Positions 41,101 through 54,944 of a stretch of 64,000 bases of DNA are shown piece by piece. The notes below the pieces were generated by a model, which saw nothing but the letters and a program-made list of their open reading frames with translations, was not told the DNA's origin and ran no database searches. The position numbers and the translations under genes were made by a program. The stretch comes from Octopus vulgaris (Eukaryota), in the NCBI GenBank assembly GCA_951406725.2, contig OX597817.1, positions 129,084,001-129,148,000 of the forward strand, given 5' to 3'. Numbering within the stretch: the stretch's first letter is position 1; each line of letters begins with the position of its first letter.

Positions 41101-42222
41101 AAGCACCAAGTGATTTTATCGATATCGTTTGGTGACCCGCTAAGTTATTTTATTGATCTCGTTTGGCGAACCGCTATGTTATTTTATCGATCTTCTTTAG
41201 TGAACCGCTAAGTTATTTCATCGACCTCCTTTGCCGAACCTGTAAGTGTTTTTATCGATCTTCTTTCGCGACCCGCTAAGTTATTTTATTGATCTCGTTT
41301 GGCGAACCGTTAAAATATTTTATGGACTTTCTTTGGCTAAGTGGTATGTTGTTTTATCGATCTTCTTTGGTGAACCGCTAAGTTATTTTATCGGCGTCCT
41401 TTGGCGAACCACTAAGTTATTTCATCGATCTCCTTTAGTGAACCGGTAAGTGTTTTTTATCGATCTTCTTTCGCGAACCACTAAGTTATTTTATCGACCT
41501 TCTTTGGCAATTGCTATGTTATTTTATCGATCTTCTTTGGCGAACCGCTAAGTTATTCTATCGATCTCCTTTGGCGAACCGCTAAGTTATTTCATCGGGC
41601 TTCTTTAGCGAACCGCTATGTTATTTTATCCATCACGTTTGGCGAACCTCAAGGTAATTTTATAGATCTTCTTTGGCGAATCTCTAAGTTATTTTTTCGA
41701 TGTCGTTTGGCGAACCGCAAGGTTATTTTATCGACCTCCTTTGGTGAATCGCTAAGTTATTTTATCCACTTTTTGGCGAACCGCAAGGTTATTTTATCGA
41801 TCGTCTTTGGCGAACCGCTAAGTTATATTATCGATTTCGTTTGGCTAGCCGCTAAAATATTTTATGAACTTTCTTTGGCTAAGTGGTATGTTATATTATC
41901 GATTACGTTTGGCGAACTGCTTAGTGATTTTATCGATCTCCTTTGGTGAGCTGCTAAATTATTTTAAGTTAGTTTATCGAAACCCTTTGGCGAACGGCTA
42001 AGTTATTTTATCGTTCTCCTTTGACGAAACGCTAAGTGATTTTATCCATCCCGTTTGGGGAACCTCAAGGTAATTTTATAGATCTTCGTTGGCGAGCCGC
42101 TAAGTTATTTTTTCGATCATGATTGGCGAACCGCTATCTTATTTTATCGATCAGATTTGGTGAACCGCTAGGTTATTTTATCGATCTCTTGTGGCGAACC
42201 GCTAAGTTATTTTATCGATCTC
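38161..42222. repeat. Satellite array, ~34-bp monomer, roughly 120 diverged copies
   Basis: Consensus ttattttatcgatctcctttggcgaaccgctaag repeated head-to-tail across ~4.06 kb. Copy number is estimated as length/34. Confidence 0.97.
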
Positions 42223-42504
42223 GATTGTGTTACATGGGGTGATAGATGAATGAGGAAGTAAGGGGTAATGTTATATTTGTTAGTGGGTTTATGAAATTTA
42301 TACGCTGAAAAATAAATTAAACAGCTTTTCAACTCTGTGTGAATATATGTGTGTGTATGTAAAAGTTGGTATGTGAATGTGTGTGTGCGAGTGCGAGTGC
42401 GTGTGTGCGCGTATGCGCGTAATGGATGTGGGTTAGTTTATCTTTGTTCGCTTAGCTTTGGGGTTTATTTTTTGATTTGGTTGAATCTTGGTTCGTTTTT
42501 CTTT

Positions 42505-42693
42505 TGCGAGTATGATCCGGTTCTTGACTGAAGATAAAATGCTTCGAATGACCCGTCCTTGTTTTTTGTATCGTCTATCTGGATGTTTTGTAGTGCCTTT
42601 TTGTATCACTTAGTTGTCCGGATGTTTTGCGTTCTTGTTTCATTTTGTATTTTATTTTATGTATATATATATATAGCGGCTTACGTACACTTT

Positions 42694-42700
<7 letters not shown>
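42505..42700. repeat. Family P1 arm with terminal agcggc(g/t)tacgtacactttgttctct motif
   Basis: Homologous to 4323-4468 and 4805-4830. Confidence 0.8.
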
Positions 42701-42762
<62 letters not shown>

Positions 42763-43206
42763 CACATATACATAAATATATATATATATATACAAATTGA
42801 GATAGGGGTTGTAAATGCAACCCTCCATGGGATAACATATATCAAATATACTGCTAGTGAAGTACCCAGCAAAGTTAATACATAAATGTTAAGGATTGCG
42901 ATACAATCAATTCATTTACTGTATTATATGGGCAAAGGTAAGATGATTTACCACAAATTACTAATACAAGATAAGAAAATGGAGAAATACATCTAAATCA
43001 AATATCAATTACCGGATAATACTCAATCACATACTTTATTAAACCACCACATAAGAGACTGTAGGGTTAAACATAAAAAAGCAGAACAAATCAGTGTATA
43101 TAAAGGAATGTACATAAAAAAGTGTACATAAAAGTGTAATGTTGTATAATAAGTAGAATATATATAAAAAAGATAATATAATTATTATAAGTAAATATAA
43201 ATATAA

Positions 43207-43337
43207 GTATTTACAGCTGTTTCGGCCATGTAGATAAGTATGTCTCATTTTACCAATATTAGTCTTTTATGGTAGGTCAATATATAGATATAAATGAGAC
43301 ATTTACAAAAATATCATAAGGCCTCTTGGGAGATATA
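43207..43337 (-). ncRNA. Degenerate hammerhead with long stem II
   Basis: Minus strand: CCCAAGA-ggcc-[~90 nt with inner IR atgtctcattt/aaatgagacat]-ggcc-GAAA-cagctg-TA. The core is mutated and stem I is weak. Confidence 0.45.
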
Positions 43338-43953
43338 CATATACATATGAGTGCATATACTCACACTCCTATACATATAAAAATATACATATACATAATA
43401 ATGTAAATAAATAATATAAATTAGTAAACATATATATGTTCCACATTCAATGTTTCAGTTTTTCAACTTAATATTGTGATAATAAACATACACATATTAG
43501 TACCTAGATGCAAATATACATAGTCAATAGTACATTATATTACTTCCAAATAATTTCCAAAGTGTCATTAAAGTTAGCATCATTATCGTTGTCAATACCA
43601 TTAATGCTACCATTATTATCATTCATAATATTATTAATAACGCTTACATTAGGATCCACAGTGGCACATATGTATGTCCGGGTTCCAGTTAGTAATTTTC
43701 CTTATGACATAAATACACTATTGGATTTGAATTTAAATTATCATTGTCTTCCTCATGGTTGGTCCGTTGAGGGCCGCCCGACCTCCACCACACCGCACAA
43801 GAAAAACATCCACATCCACATCCAACCCTAAACCCACACGTCCACATAAAAACCCACACACACATGCACACACACATGAATACACCCCGACACATCCCTA
43901 CACATTCACTAGATTGCAGAGTGTATGTCAGTCATCGCATGGCTTATATACAA

Positions 43954-43991
<38 letters not shown>

Positions 43992-44854
43992 ATGTGTGTG
44001 TGTTTGTGTGTGTAAAGAATGCGAGATAGAGGCAAAGAGCGAGTAAAACAAACATGCCTAATACCTATATGTTTAAAAAGATTCCTTCTCAATAACAGTA
44101 GCAGATTCTATCTAACCGCCTGGGTTTTAGGCAATTCTCTGGCTGACGGTTGGTTGATAACTTAGGTGTGTAGAAGTTAGGGGAGATAAATGTGCCGATT
44201 CACATATGTATCTACGTAGGCACACAAGAGGGCGCACACACTGACACACCCACTCATACATATGTGTACGTACCTATGCATGTATGTATGAATGAAACCT
44301 AGTAAAAATTGTCGCGTGACTGGGCCGTCAGCGACTAAACCACCAAACATATTAAGCTTGCTTCGTAAGAAGGGTGGCTTTCATTGGATAGCCTGTAGGT
44401 CGACAATCATAACCCGTCGAAGACGGATGATATTAGCAGAGTTAACGGCCATCCAGTTGCTGGAAATAAGCGACTGTTAGTCTTTGGTTAGACATCTCTC
44501 GAAAATCGGAGATCGGAAAACTTGTCGTTGCCTGTTTCTGGACTACTTGGCTTTGTAGGTGAGAGTCTTAGCGATGTTGTGAAGGCCGTTATTGACTTAA
44601 AATTTCACCACAGGCATTGCTGATAACCATTTTTTTTAACATCTAGGATGAGATAATTTGTCAGTGATGGTCATACTCGTCTACGATTTGACAGCCAAAT
44701 GTCTGTCTGTATGTACGTATGTATTCATATATGTATGTCTGAATGTATGTATGCATTCATGGATGCTTGTATCTATATATGCATATGCATGCATGTATGT
44801 ATGTATGTATGTATGTATGTATGTATGTATGTATGTATGTCTCTTCTGTATTTA

Positions 44855-45990
44855 ATCATATAAATTCTGCCTCTGAAGGAGCTTGTTCCTAACAACGATA
44901 CAAAATTCCATCGTTGGAATGTATATAACGAAAATAAGATCACATTTTAAACTTGAGAAAAGTCTTGTATAGTTTTACTGTTTCGCTTACAGATTGTATT
45001 TGTAATGTGCGAATCAGCTAGTTGATTTCTTTTTATGAAAATCCAATCTTATCCAGACTGAAAATTAGGTATTTACCTACAAAACCAAGGGCTCCAATTA
45101 TTATTGGTATATATGTAAATTTGTAATCCGGATATAGCAAATGGAGGTTTCGCAGCAGTTGTCCATAACTATCTTCTTCCTCTTCGATTTTCAAGATATT
45201 AACATCATCAGGACAGCTCACCTCTATGACAGTACCTACTTGTCCGTCTCAAACAAAGATATCCAGCCTTTTATGCTTACACTTGACAGATGTTTTGATG
45301 GGAATGTTCCACCGGCATTCGTTGTGTTGATATTAGTGAAATTATTCAATAACATATTTATTGTAGGACTGTCTGTTTTCTGAACGGCATTGTATATTGC
45401 GACAACATCATGTCGCATAAGGCGATAGAACTTTGGTGACATTTTTGGGACGCTGCTAATTACATGTGCAATGTCTTCCACTATAACATGACTTACATTT
45501 ACCGTCGTATTTTGGAACACCAAGGGCTTCACTGTCTCTTTTGTTGATTAGGTATTTAGTTGCAATCTCTCGTCTTTGGATTGTAAATGCATAGCCTTCG
45601 AAGTGTGACGTAATGAATCCGCCACGAGTCCAACAGAGGCTTCACTTCATGCCAATGTTACTATTTTCTTCGGAAAACTTACCCATGCATGATCTTTTTA
45701 TTGGTATGCTGACTGTTTCACCTCCAGGTCTTATTTGAGGTATGTAAGTTCAGCGGATTTGGGGTTGTGTGGGAGGTCATCAGTAAGTACTCTATTTTTC
45801 TTCACTTTTCAGCACTAAGTTAATGTATTTATTTTTGCTGCTGTTGAGAGAGACTATGCGACATTCAAAGGCTGTATGAACTTATCTCAATCCCCTACCT
45901 TATGTAGAGCCTGTCGATATCACTATTTTAGTGAAGATTTCCAGATGATGTTAGAATCATGAGAGTTTTAATGTCTAAAGAGTGCATTTC
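44855..45990 (-). pseudogene. Decayed non-LTR retrotransposon with restriction-like endonuclease (R4/Dong-like), 3' part
   Basis: TSHFEGYAFTIQ, VEDIAHVISSxPKM...MRHDVVA (CCHC-knuckle remnant), SCPDDVNI...KFTYIPIIIGALG, terminal ETVKLYKTFLKFKM*. Multiple frameshifts. Confidence 0.75.
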
Positions 45991-46570
45991 TGTGTGTGTG
46001 TGTTTGTGTGTGCATGTGTATGCATGCATGCGTGCTGTACACATGAATGCATGCTTGTAATTAAATTTTAATAATCGGTGCACTGAAAGCTATACGCGAA
46101 TTCTTAATTTAAAACTATCCTTAAGAAAATACAAAATAAAAGCCTAGAGGTAGTGGTTACCTTTAAGAAATTAAGAACAAATTACTTGAGCTAATTTACA
46201 TAGTAAAGACAATCTAATGTGTCGCTGGAAAAGAGTACGTGTACTTCAGTGTCATTATCTATGCAAGCATGGCACATTTCCTACCAAGCATGATTTGAAC
46301 TCATAGGGGTGGAATGTAGAGGATTGGTAGGCTAATTCCTGCAGAGCTCACAACTCTTGGTATCACAGAAGCCAGGGGAATCAGGTTGACCGGAGAGATC
46401 AAAGTTTATTGTGAATCAGGAATGGGTCATGTTGGTCAACCCCGGCTGGATCACCTGGCGAAAGACCCAAAATACCTAACAGCCCCAGGAAATATAATTG
46501 ATCATGTGTCAAGGGACATCACAGGGTAATGTAGTTAAACGCTCACATGCACACACACACGCACACACGA

Positions 46571-46667
<97 letters not shown>

Positions 46668-46829
46668 TTCATGATCTTCAGTTTTGGTCCATTGGAACAT
46701 CCGAGATGTAATCCCTGGTGTGAGAAGGGGCTGTACATTGCACGAAGACAGCGCTAGTACACATCTCCTGCAACAATAAATGAAAAGCCGTGTTCAAGGA
46801 CACCTACCAGCCTGGAATCGAACCCATGA

Positions 46830-47100
46830 TATTACTCTAGCCAGAAAATCACTTTCACTAAATTCATTGTCACTATCAGGGTCAGAATCTGATACGCAAG
46901 TTTCATCCTCAAGTTCTTCCAGAATATCCATCAACAGACAAGGCATCAATTCACCCTCTGTCCACTTCGGCTTCATGATTCCATTGTCCATCCATATACT
47001 TCTGGTCGATGCACTAAAGACTTTGTAATGTTCGCGAGCTTCCATATCCTGGTCTGGAAGTTGCTTCGCCGAACAGGTTGCTCGAGGACGTATCTATATT
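46830..47100 (-). pseudogene. C-terminal fragment of an unclassified transposon-type protein
   Basis: LEQPVRRSNFQTRIWKLA...YGWTME/NGIMKPKWTEGELMPCLLMDIL followed by an acidic tail. The RxNxQxxIW...GW...PxW pattern is recalled from invertebrate TE-derived proteins. Confidence 0.45.
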
Positions 47101-47207
47101 TGGTCAGTGTTGCGAGAGCGATTTGCTTAGATTTTATGAAATGAAAATACCCTTTAAAGTAAATCACAAGGGGCGGAGTGCACCATGACCCCCACTAGCC
47201 CATGGCC

Positions 47208-47269
<62 letters not shown>

Positions 47270-47272
<3 letters not shown>

Positions 47273-47425
47273 GACAGACTTCTTTCTGCTTCCGTCTACC
47301 AAAACCATTCACGAGGCTCTGGTTCGACTAGTAGAAAACACCTACGCAAAATGCCTCGTAGTGGGACTGAAACCGAAACCATGTGGTTGGGAAGCAAGCT
47401 TCTTGCCACAATGCCACACTTGCGA
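47270..47425 (-). mobile_element. SINE family A 5' half (diverged)
   Basis: ccgtctacc...gtgggactgaaaccgaaaccatgtggttgggaagcaagcttctt. Confidence 0.75.
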
Positions 47426-47694
47426 CTACAAACATATATGTATGCGTGCGTATGTATATATGTATATATATATATATATGCATATGTATATACATACGTA
47501 CATATATTCACACACACATATATATGGAGAGAGTCGTGTATATATATATATACATGTATATATACGTATATACTTATATATGTATATATGTAAGTATATA
47601 TATGCATACATGAATATATATATAAATATATGCATATATATATATATATATATACACGCACACATATATATACATACATAAATACAAACACACA

Positions 47695-47752
<58 letters not shown>

Positions 47753-48227
47753 CTTGAATGTATATTGCCTTACACACAAAGATTATTTAATTCCTAAGAT
47801 GATAAAGTATGATTAGATAAGAGAGAGGCAACGAGTCAGACCGGTAGACCATCACATCGTCGGAAAGACAGAGAGACATAGAGTACAGTCAGAAATAACG
47901 AAACAAAAAGGAGAAAGCAGAGAGAGGGAGACAGAAAGAAAAGTGAATGAAAGACGAGAAGAGAAGTCGGAAAGATAGAGAGAGACTAAGTAAGTGAGAG
48001 CTCACTTTTTGTCTCAGTATACCGCACCTGTAAAAAAAAAAAGTGTGGCTATTGAGAGAAGGTGAGTGCCGAATAAAGAGCATTATTATCGTAGGTAAAC
48101 AGTTCAGTTGACACAAGATCCTTGCACCTGCCGTGTTTGATTACATTCAATTTCATGTGAGAATACATACAAACACACATACACACACACATATAAAGAT
48201 ATATGTATGTTTGAGTGTAATGGCGTA

Positions 48228-48292
<65 letters not shown>

Positions 48293-48374
48293 ACACACAC
48301 ACACATATATATATATGAATGTATATAATGTATTTATTTATATATCTATATATATGAATGCATATATGCACACA

Positions 48375-48409
<35 letters not shown>

Positions 48410-48509
48410 GTATGTGCATATAGATATTTTTTAACTGTCCTCCACAGATATACGCATATACATAACATTAATAAATAAGCCCTCATACATACATATGTAT
48501 ATATGTATA

Positions 48510-48557
<48 letters not shown>

Positions 48558-48857
48558 ATTGTATATATATATGTATATATATATATACATATATATATGT
48601 ATGTATATATATATGTATGTATATATATATTGATGTGTATATATATATATGTATATATATATAGGTGCATATATGTATATATATATACATCTATATATAT
48701 ATATATGTTTATACATAGATGCATATACATATATATATATATATACTTCTATATACATTTATACATAAATGTATATGTATATATATATACACATATACAC
48801 ACACTCACACACATACACATATATATATATATACATATATATATACATACACACACG

Positions 48858-48899
<42 letters not shown>

Positions 48900-49580
48900 C
48901 ACAGGATGCAGTATATATATAGGATGAAGTATTGTCATCTTCACCGTTGTCGTTGTCGTCAGCATTATCACCGATGTCATCATTCGAATCATTATCGATA
49001 ATAAAATGTGTTATATCTTCTTTTTCAATAGAAGCCATTAAAGTACTTTCAACAAATTTTACACCACCAGAGGCAGCAGTAGTAGCAGTAATAAAACCAA
49101 TTAAGGACAGAAAAAAATTGAAACTAAAGAATAAAAAGAGAAAATGTATATACTCGAAGTGTGTCTATATACATCTATTAACCATGCTCTAATTGAGTTG
49201 TATATGGATATAGATGTGGAGGTGTGGTTAAGCAGTGAATAATGTCTAAATAGATATTTTGAATATATGTATGTGTGCAAGCATGCGTCTATGTGAATAT
49301 AAGTTTATATGTGTACGGCTGTGATGTTAGATTGTGCTTGACTGGGCGACGCTTATGTGTATGAATATATATATATATATATACACACATACATACATAC
49401 ATAGACAGACACACATAAACTCCACACATGCACGCACGCACATATAAATATATACACACATACATACATATACACGACACGCAATGAAGCACACTCTAAC
49501 ACTATATCCGTGTATATAGAGCTATAGATAAAAAGATACATGCGTCCATATATATGTATATATGTGTACATATATATATA

Positions 49581-49634
<54 letters not shown>

Positions 49635-49724
49635 CACACATATATACATGCACACATACATGTACATATATATATGTATACATATGTATAGGTACAAAGA
49701 TATATTTCGAAGTATGTGTGTGTG

Positions 49725-49777
<53 letters not shown>

Positions 49778-49912
49778 GCGATGTTAAGTATTTGACGGCT
49801 GTATATGAAGCGTATAATTATTGTCTGTTCATTTGTAAAGTCTTCATCCAAAACTAATGTGTTTATCAAGTAGTTTTCACTCACTGCCTTAATTTATGAA
49901 TGTTTATGAATG

Positions 49913-49982
<70 letters not shown>

Positions 49983-51006
49983 TCTTTACTTGTATATATG
50001 TAACTACGTAGATACACACATATTTCAATCATATGTATCAGAGGAGATGGACATAGATGATAGTGTAGAAAAGTTCGCACTTCACTTACAATGGCTACAA
50101 GTGTCACGAACCCTATCAAAGTAAACAATAAAATTGCAAAAAAATCATATGCTACATAAAATCAGCCTTAACATAGAATGGTTTCCCTCATGCCCCCTTT
50201 GATATACTTTGATCTCAAAGATTGAAATATCTTATGATCAACGAATTCAATTTCATATCAATGAAAAATTATTGAAGTTTTTCATTTCTTCTCTTGCAAC
50301 TTCGTTCGCCTGACAAATCCCCACCCCATTGCAGCCAGTTGTATGCTTCTACCGATATGTGTATGGTTTTCGACGACTATATTTTCGATGTCAAATATCT
50401 CTAAAGAGTTAGTGATTTCTATAGAGACGACGGTTTCTTAATACCAGAAAACCAGTACAATTCATCTTCCGATTAAACACTGAAAGTCAAATCTATCATA
50501 AATGCAGTTAGTTTCTTATCCCTCACTCTTAACCAACATAAATCTTTGCTCTACACATGCAGGACTATTTATGAGCACAAAATTTAATATAAAACATAAA
50601 CATTTTCAGTAATTTAGATTTTGCGTCTACTTCTACGGCCATTTTATATTTTGGATTCTTAGATATTAGATATTACTTTATTTATTTGCTCTATCGTTCC
50701 ACCACTGCTTATTCTCTCTGAGATATTTAGAAATTTGATACTTCTAATTTATTTATTTGTATTTTCAACTTTCCATATGTATGAGTGTACATGAAAGAAA
50801 ATAGGCTGAGAAGTAGTGTATGAATCTGTGTTATATATATATATATGGCCATGACACATACGTAGTTGTTTTTACTTATATATTGATTATTCATTTTTAT
50901 ACTTTTTGTGATCTAGTTATGTTTTATAAAAATATATTTTATTTTTTATTTAAGATTTGGCTTATGTCTATCATTGTTTGAATTGTATAATAGTACTTTT
51001 TCTCTA

Positions 51007-51103
<97 letters not shown>

Positions 51104-51114
51104 AATATATATAC

Positions 51115-51674
51115 ACTACACTAAAAAGACTGAAATAGTGCAGCAGATAAGCTACAGTGATAGGCTTAGAAAACTGCAACTTTACTTCCTGGAGCGAAGG
51201 CGTGAGAGATATGCAATAATCTACACAGGAAAAACTCTAGAAGGGCATGTACCTAATTTCGGCATTGAGTGTTATTCAAATGCCAAAACTGGTTGCCATT
51301 ATATTGTACCAAAGGTAGCATCTGCTCCATCTAAATTCAGGACCAGGTACTGAAATAGTCTACTGTTCAAAGGCCCACAGCTCTTCAACGCTATGCCACA
51401 AAAATTAAGAAATCTGCATAAGGTGGAAGTAGATGTCTTCAAAAATGAACCAGTCCTTCTCCTCCTCCTCCCCACAATACTGGATGAAACATCAGCCCGA
51501 CATGAACGTCAGACGAGAACAGCGGAATCAAATGGGCCAACAGCTTGGACGGAGGTACATACAAGAGTGGTGATGTGAAAAATCACATCACCACTCTAGA
51601 GTGAGAAAATCGGAAGGACTACGGTGGTGCTCCAGCATGACCACAACAGCATGGCTGAGTAAAACAGTAAAAGA
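51115..51674 (+). pseudogene. CR1/L2-group LINE 3' end (ORF2 C-terminus + 3' UTR), 5'-truncated at (TA)n
   Basis: ISYSDRLRKLQLYFLERRRERYAIIY...GPQLFNAMPQKLRNL...FKN. Tail ggtggtgctccagcatgaccac...cagtaaaaga. Confidence 0.8.
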
Positions 51675-52454
51675 CGTCGTTGCTTACCTATCTATTTACG
51701 AGTTGGTTGTAATTTACTTATTGAATTTATTTACCGATACGGTTGTACATAGGGTAAATGTGTTTGATAGTTGTAGCTTCTTTGGTTTGTTTATTCCCAA
51801 ACAACACTTATTTTAGTGCTGTTGACACCGCCGGATTGAATGGTACTACCCAGGTGTTGAAACCATAATGGTATCCGTGAGGCAGCTGATGATGGAGGTA
51901 TGTTGGATTGTTGGTATGGCTGTTTTGTATATGTGGAATAGTATTATAATACATCCTTATATATATATAAAAGTATATATATATACGTATATGCCTGTAT
52001 GTGTGTATGTGTGTGCCCGTATAAACTATGTGAGTATTTATGCGTATGTATATATACAGCTGCATGTGCATGTAAATAAGTATATATGTACCCGCCACAG
52101 ACCAACTGCACATTGTTTGCTCAAAATATATGTCAACCTTTATTTTTTTGAAGTCTGTCTACACTTTAATTTGATGTGTCTGCTTTCTATTACGATGACA
52201 TTTTGCTTTCACATAAAAACAAGCGCTGACGGAAGCATATCCTCGCGCGGGCGTACGTACACATACACAATATATATATACACACACACACACACACGAA
52301 CACACACATATATATATATATATATGAGTTTGGGTAATGTAAACATGGCAACGCCATAGTCTTCCGTATTGGTCAACAAATTAGAACAATTTATTTGATC
52401 TCTTACCGTTCCTCTATGTCTGTATATATGCATACATATATGCATACATATAAA

Positions 52455-52728
<274 letters not shown>

Positions 52729-52784
52729 CGTATGCATGTATGCATGGATGTAATCAAAAAATATATACATATGTATAATATGTT

Positions 52785-52971
52785 TTTATTCTTTTACTTG
52801 TTTCAGGCATTTAACAGAAGCCATGCTGGAGCACCGCCTTGAAGGTTTTAGTCGAACAAATAGACTTTTTAAAGCCTAATACTTAATCTATCACTCCATT
52901 AAGTGACGGAGACGTAAACACACCAACGCTGGTTGTCAAATGGTGACGAGGGGAACAAACAGAGACATAAA

Positions 52972-53005
<34 letters not shown>

Positions 53006-53190
53006 TACACACACATGCACATATATACGACGGGCTTCTTTCGGTTTCCGTCTACCAAATCCACTCACAAGGCTTCGATCGATCCAAGGCCATAGTGGAA
53101 GACAGTTACGCAAGATACTACGCAGTGGAACTGAACTCGGAATCAGGTGGTTGGGAAGCAAGCTTCTTACCACGCAGGCACTCCTGCGCC
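52785..53190 (-). mobile_element. SINE family A (older copy)
   Basis: cttttacttgtttcag...gccatgctggagcaccgcc...cactcctgcgcc. Confidence 0.85.
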
Positions 53191-53232
53191 TGAATATATA
53201 TATATGTATATACACACACACACACATGCACG

Positions 53233-53270
<38 letters not shown>

Positions 53271-53330
53271 CACATACATACATATAGTATTAATAAAATA
53301 AGAGTTGAAATGTGTAACATACTTTATAGG

Positions 53331-53372
53331 GTACAACACACGTTTCGACCTGTTCTGGGTCTCTTCAAGTAC
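53331..53372 (-). ncRNA. Minimal hammerhead motif with one core substitution
   Basis: Minus strand: gtac-TTGAAGA-gacc(cagaaca)ggtc-GAAA-cgtgtg-TT-gtac. Stems I and II are perfect. Confidence 0.6.
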
Positions 53373-53947
53373 ATCAATAAAAAGTCTCACTAGAGATTTT
53401 TTGAGTCGGCTTATGTACAGCTATATGTCCATCGAATTCAAGAATGAGTAAAATCAGAGAAAATTAATTGAAAGGCAAAAAATTCAAATATGAACGTGGA
53501 AAGTATACATTCTAGTTTAGAGAAAATGACTTAATACTTAGATGAAAATTCTTTTTGCGCTAGTGATTAGATGCATACAGATATATATATATACATACAT
53601 ACATACATACATACAAACATATATATATATATATATATATATATGGGTAGATAGATAGATATACATATGTATATATATATGTCTATATATATATATATGC
53701 ACATATATATACACATATGTATACGCTCTCACACACGCACATCCAAGTATATGGGCATATACACACAACTAGATACATGCGCATACGCATACGTATATAC
53801 GAATATATACTGTACATATATATGTATAAGAACTCGTATAGGCCGGTAAACACGTGTATATATACATAAATATACGTACATAGCATAGATGAATAGGTGC
53901 ATAGACTCGTACGTAAAGCAAGATACACACGTATATGTGTGTGTGTG

Positions 53948-54032
<85 letters not shown>

Positions 54033-54040
54033 ATGAGGAA

Positions 54041-54294
54041 ATAAATATATAAATTTATATAAATAAGGATAAGATCGATATTTAAATACCGATCTTCTTA
54101 GGTGGCCAGCGATGGAATAAAAACATTCAAAGGTAATAATTATTATTAAAATTATAATTTAGGGTATCTAAGAGATACCACCACGCTGGAAATAGCAGTC
54201 AAACCTTTGAAGATTTTTATTCCCATGCTGGCCACCTGATAAGATCGGTATTTAAATATCGATCTTAACCTTATTTATGTACATTTATATATTT
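54041..54294. repeat. Fold-back insert; its left part recurs inverted at ~55592-55720
   Basis: Arms aaataaggataagatcgatatttaaataccgatctt...ggtggccagc (54061-54110) and gctggccacc...gatcttaaccttattt (~54227-54277). Confidence 0.8.
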
Positions 54295-54295
54295 A

Positions 54296-54678
54296 CTAGC
54301 AGTATCGCCCGGCGTTGCTCGGGTTTGTAAGGGAAATAACTATAAAGCATTTTTAGAGAGTTATAGCCAAAAAATAGCAAAAAAATGGAAAAAAAATGAT
54401 GGTAAATTTTTTTGAGAGTTAAAAAGGTCGAGTTGCATCCCCTAGACAGTCTGTGGTTTGTGTTTCTGATTCTCGACCCCATGTCGAATTTATCGATTTT
54501 TTTCAGAACTGGGGGAACTTTTCAAAATTTTCGCTGCGTTAGTTTTGAATTATGACATTGGGCTATGTGTGTGTCAAGTTTCATCAGAATCGGTTGAAAG
54601 CCGTGGTCAGAGTGAGGGTACAACCTAACAGACACACAGACACGCAGACAGACAAACTGCCGTTTATATAGAGAGAGA
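54296..54678 (-). mobile_element. Non-autonomous Helitron-like element
   Basis: Minus strand starts TC(TCTCTCTATATAAACGGCAG...). It ends with a cccg/cggg hairpin then CTAG (54299-54296), the same architecture as 84-1263. Confidence 0.7.
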
Positions 54679-54806
54679 TGTCGTCATTATATTCACTGCG
54701 GTGATATTTTGACAATATCGCATGAGGAGTTTTAGGCGGGCAATTTAAACTGGTCGTGTGCATATATATGTATGTATATGTTCGTATACGTAAGTATATC
54801 GTATGT

Positions 54807-54865
<59 letters not shown>

Positions 54866-54944
54866 GACAAAACCACTATTTTGCAAAACAAACAAGGAAA
54901 GACTTAATCAATACATAACATTTTAATAAAAAGTAAAAAAACCG

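Noticed and set aside
39321-41949. ORFs within the satellite (e.g. 39321-39599, 41707-41949)
   Set aside because: These are translations of the 34-bp repeat drifting through frames.
38161-42222. CRISPR array (conserved ~28-nt block alternating with variable bases)
   Set aside because: The variable part is only ~6 nt and related between units, the repeats are degenerate, there are no cas genes and the context is eukaryotic. It is a satellite.
46446-46525. rRNA fragments (ggatcacct; aagggacatcacag)
   Set aside because: Only very short similarities, in inconsistent orientation and with no extended rRNA sequence.
50080-50600. Additional PLE RT remnant (FYRYVYG resembling YRYVDD)
   Set aside because: Only one degenerate motif could be read with confidence.
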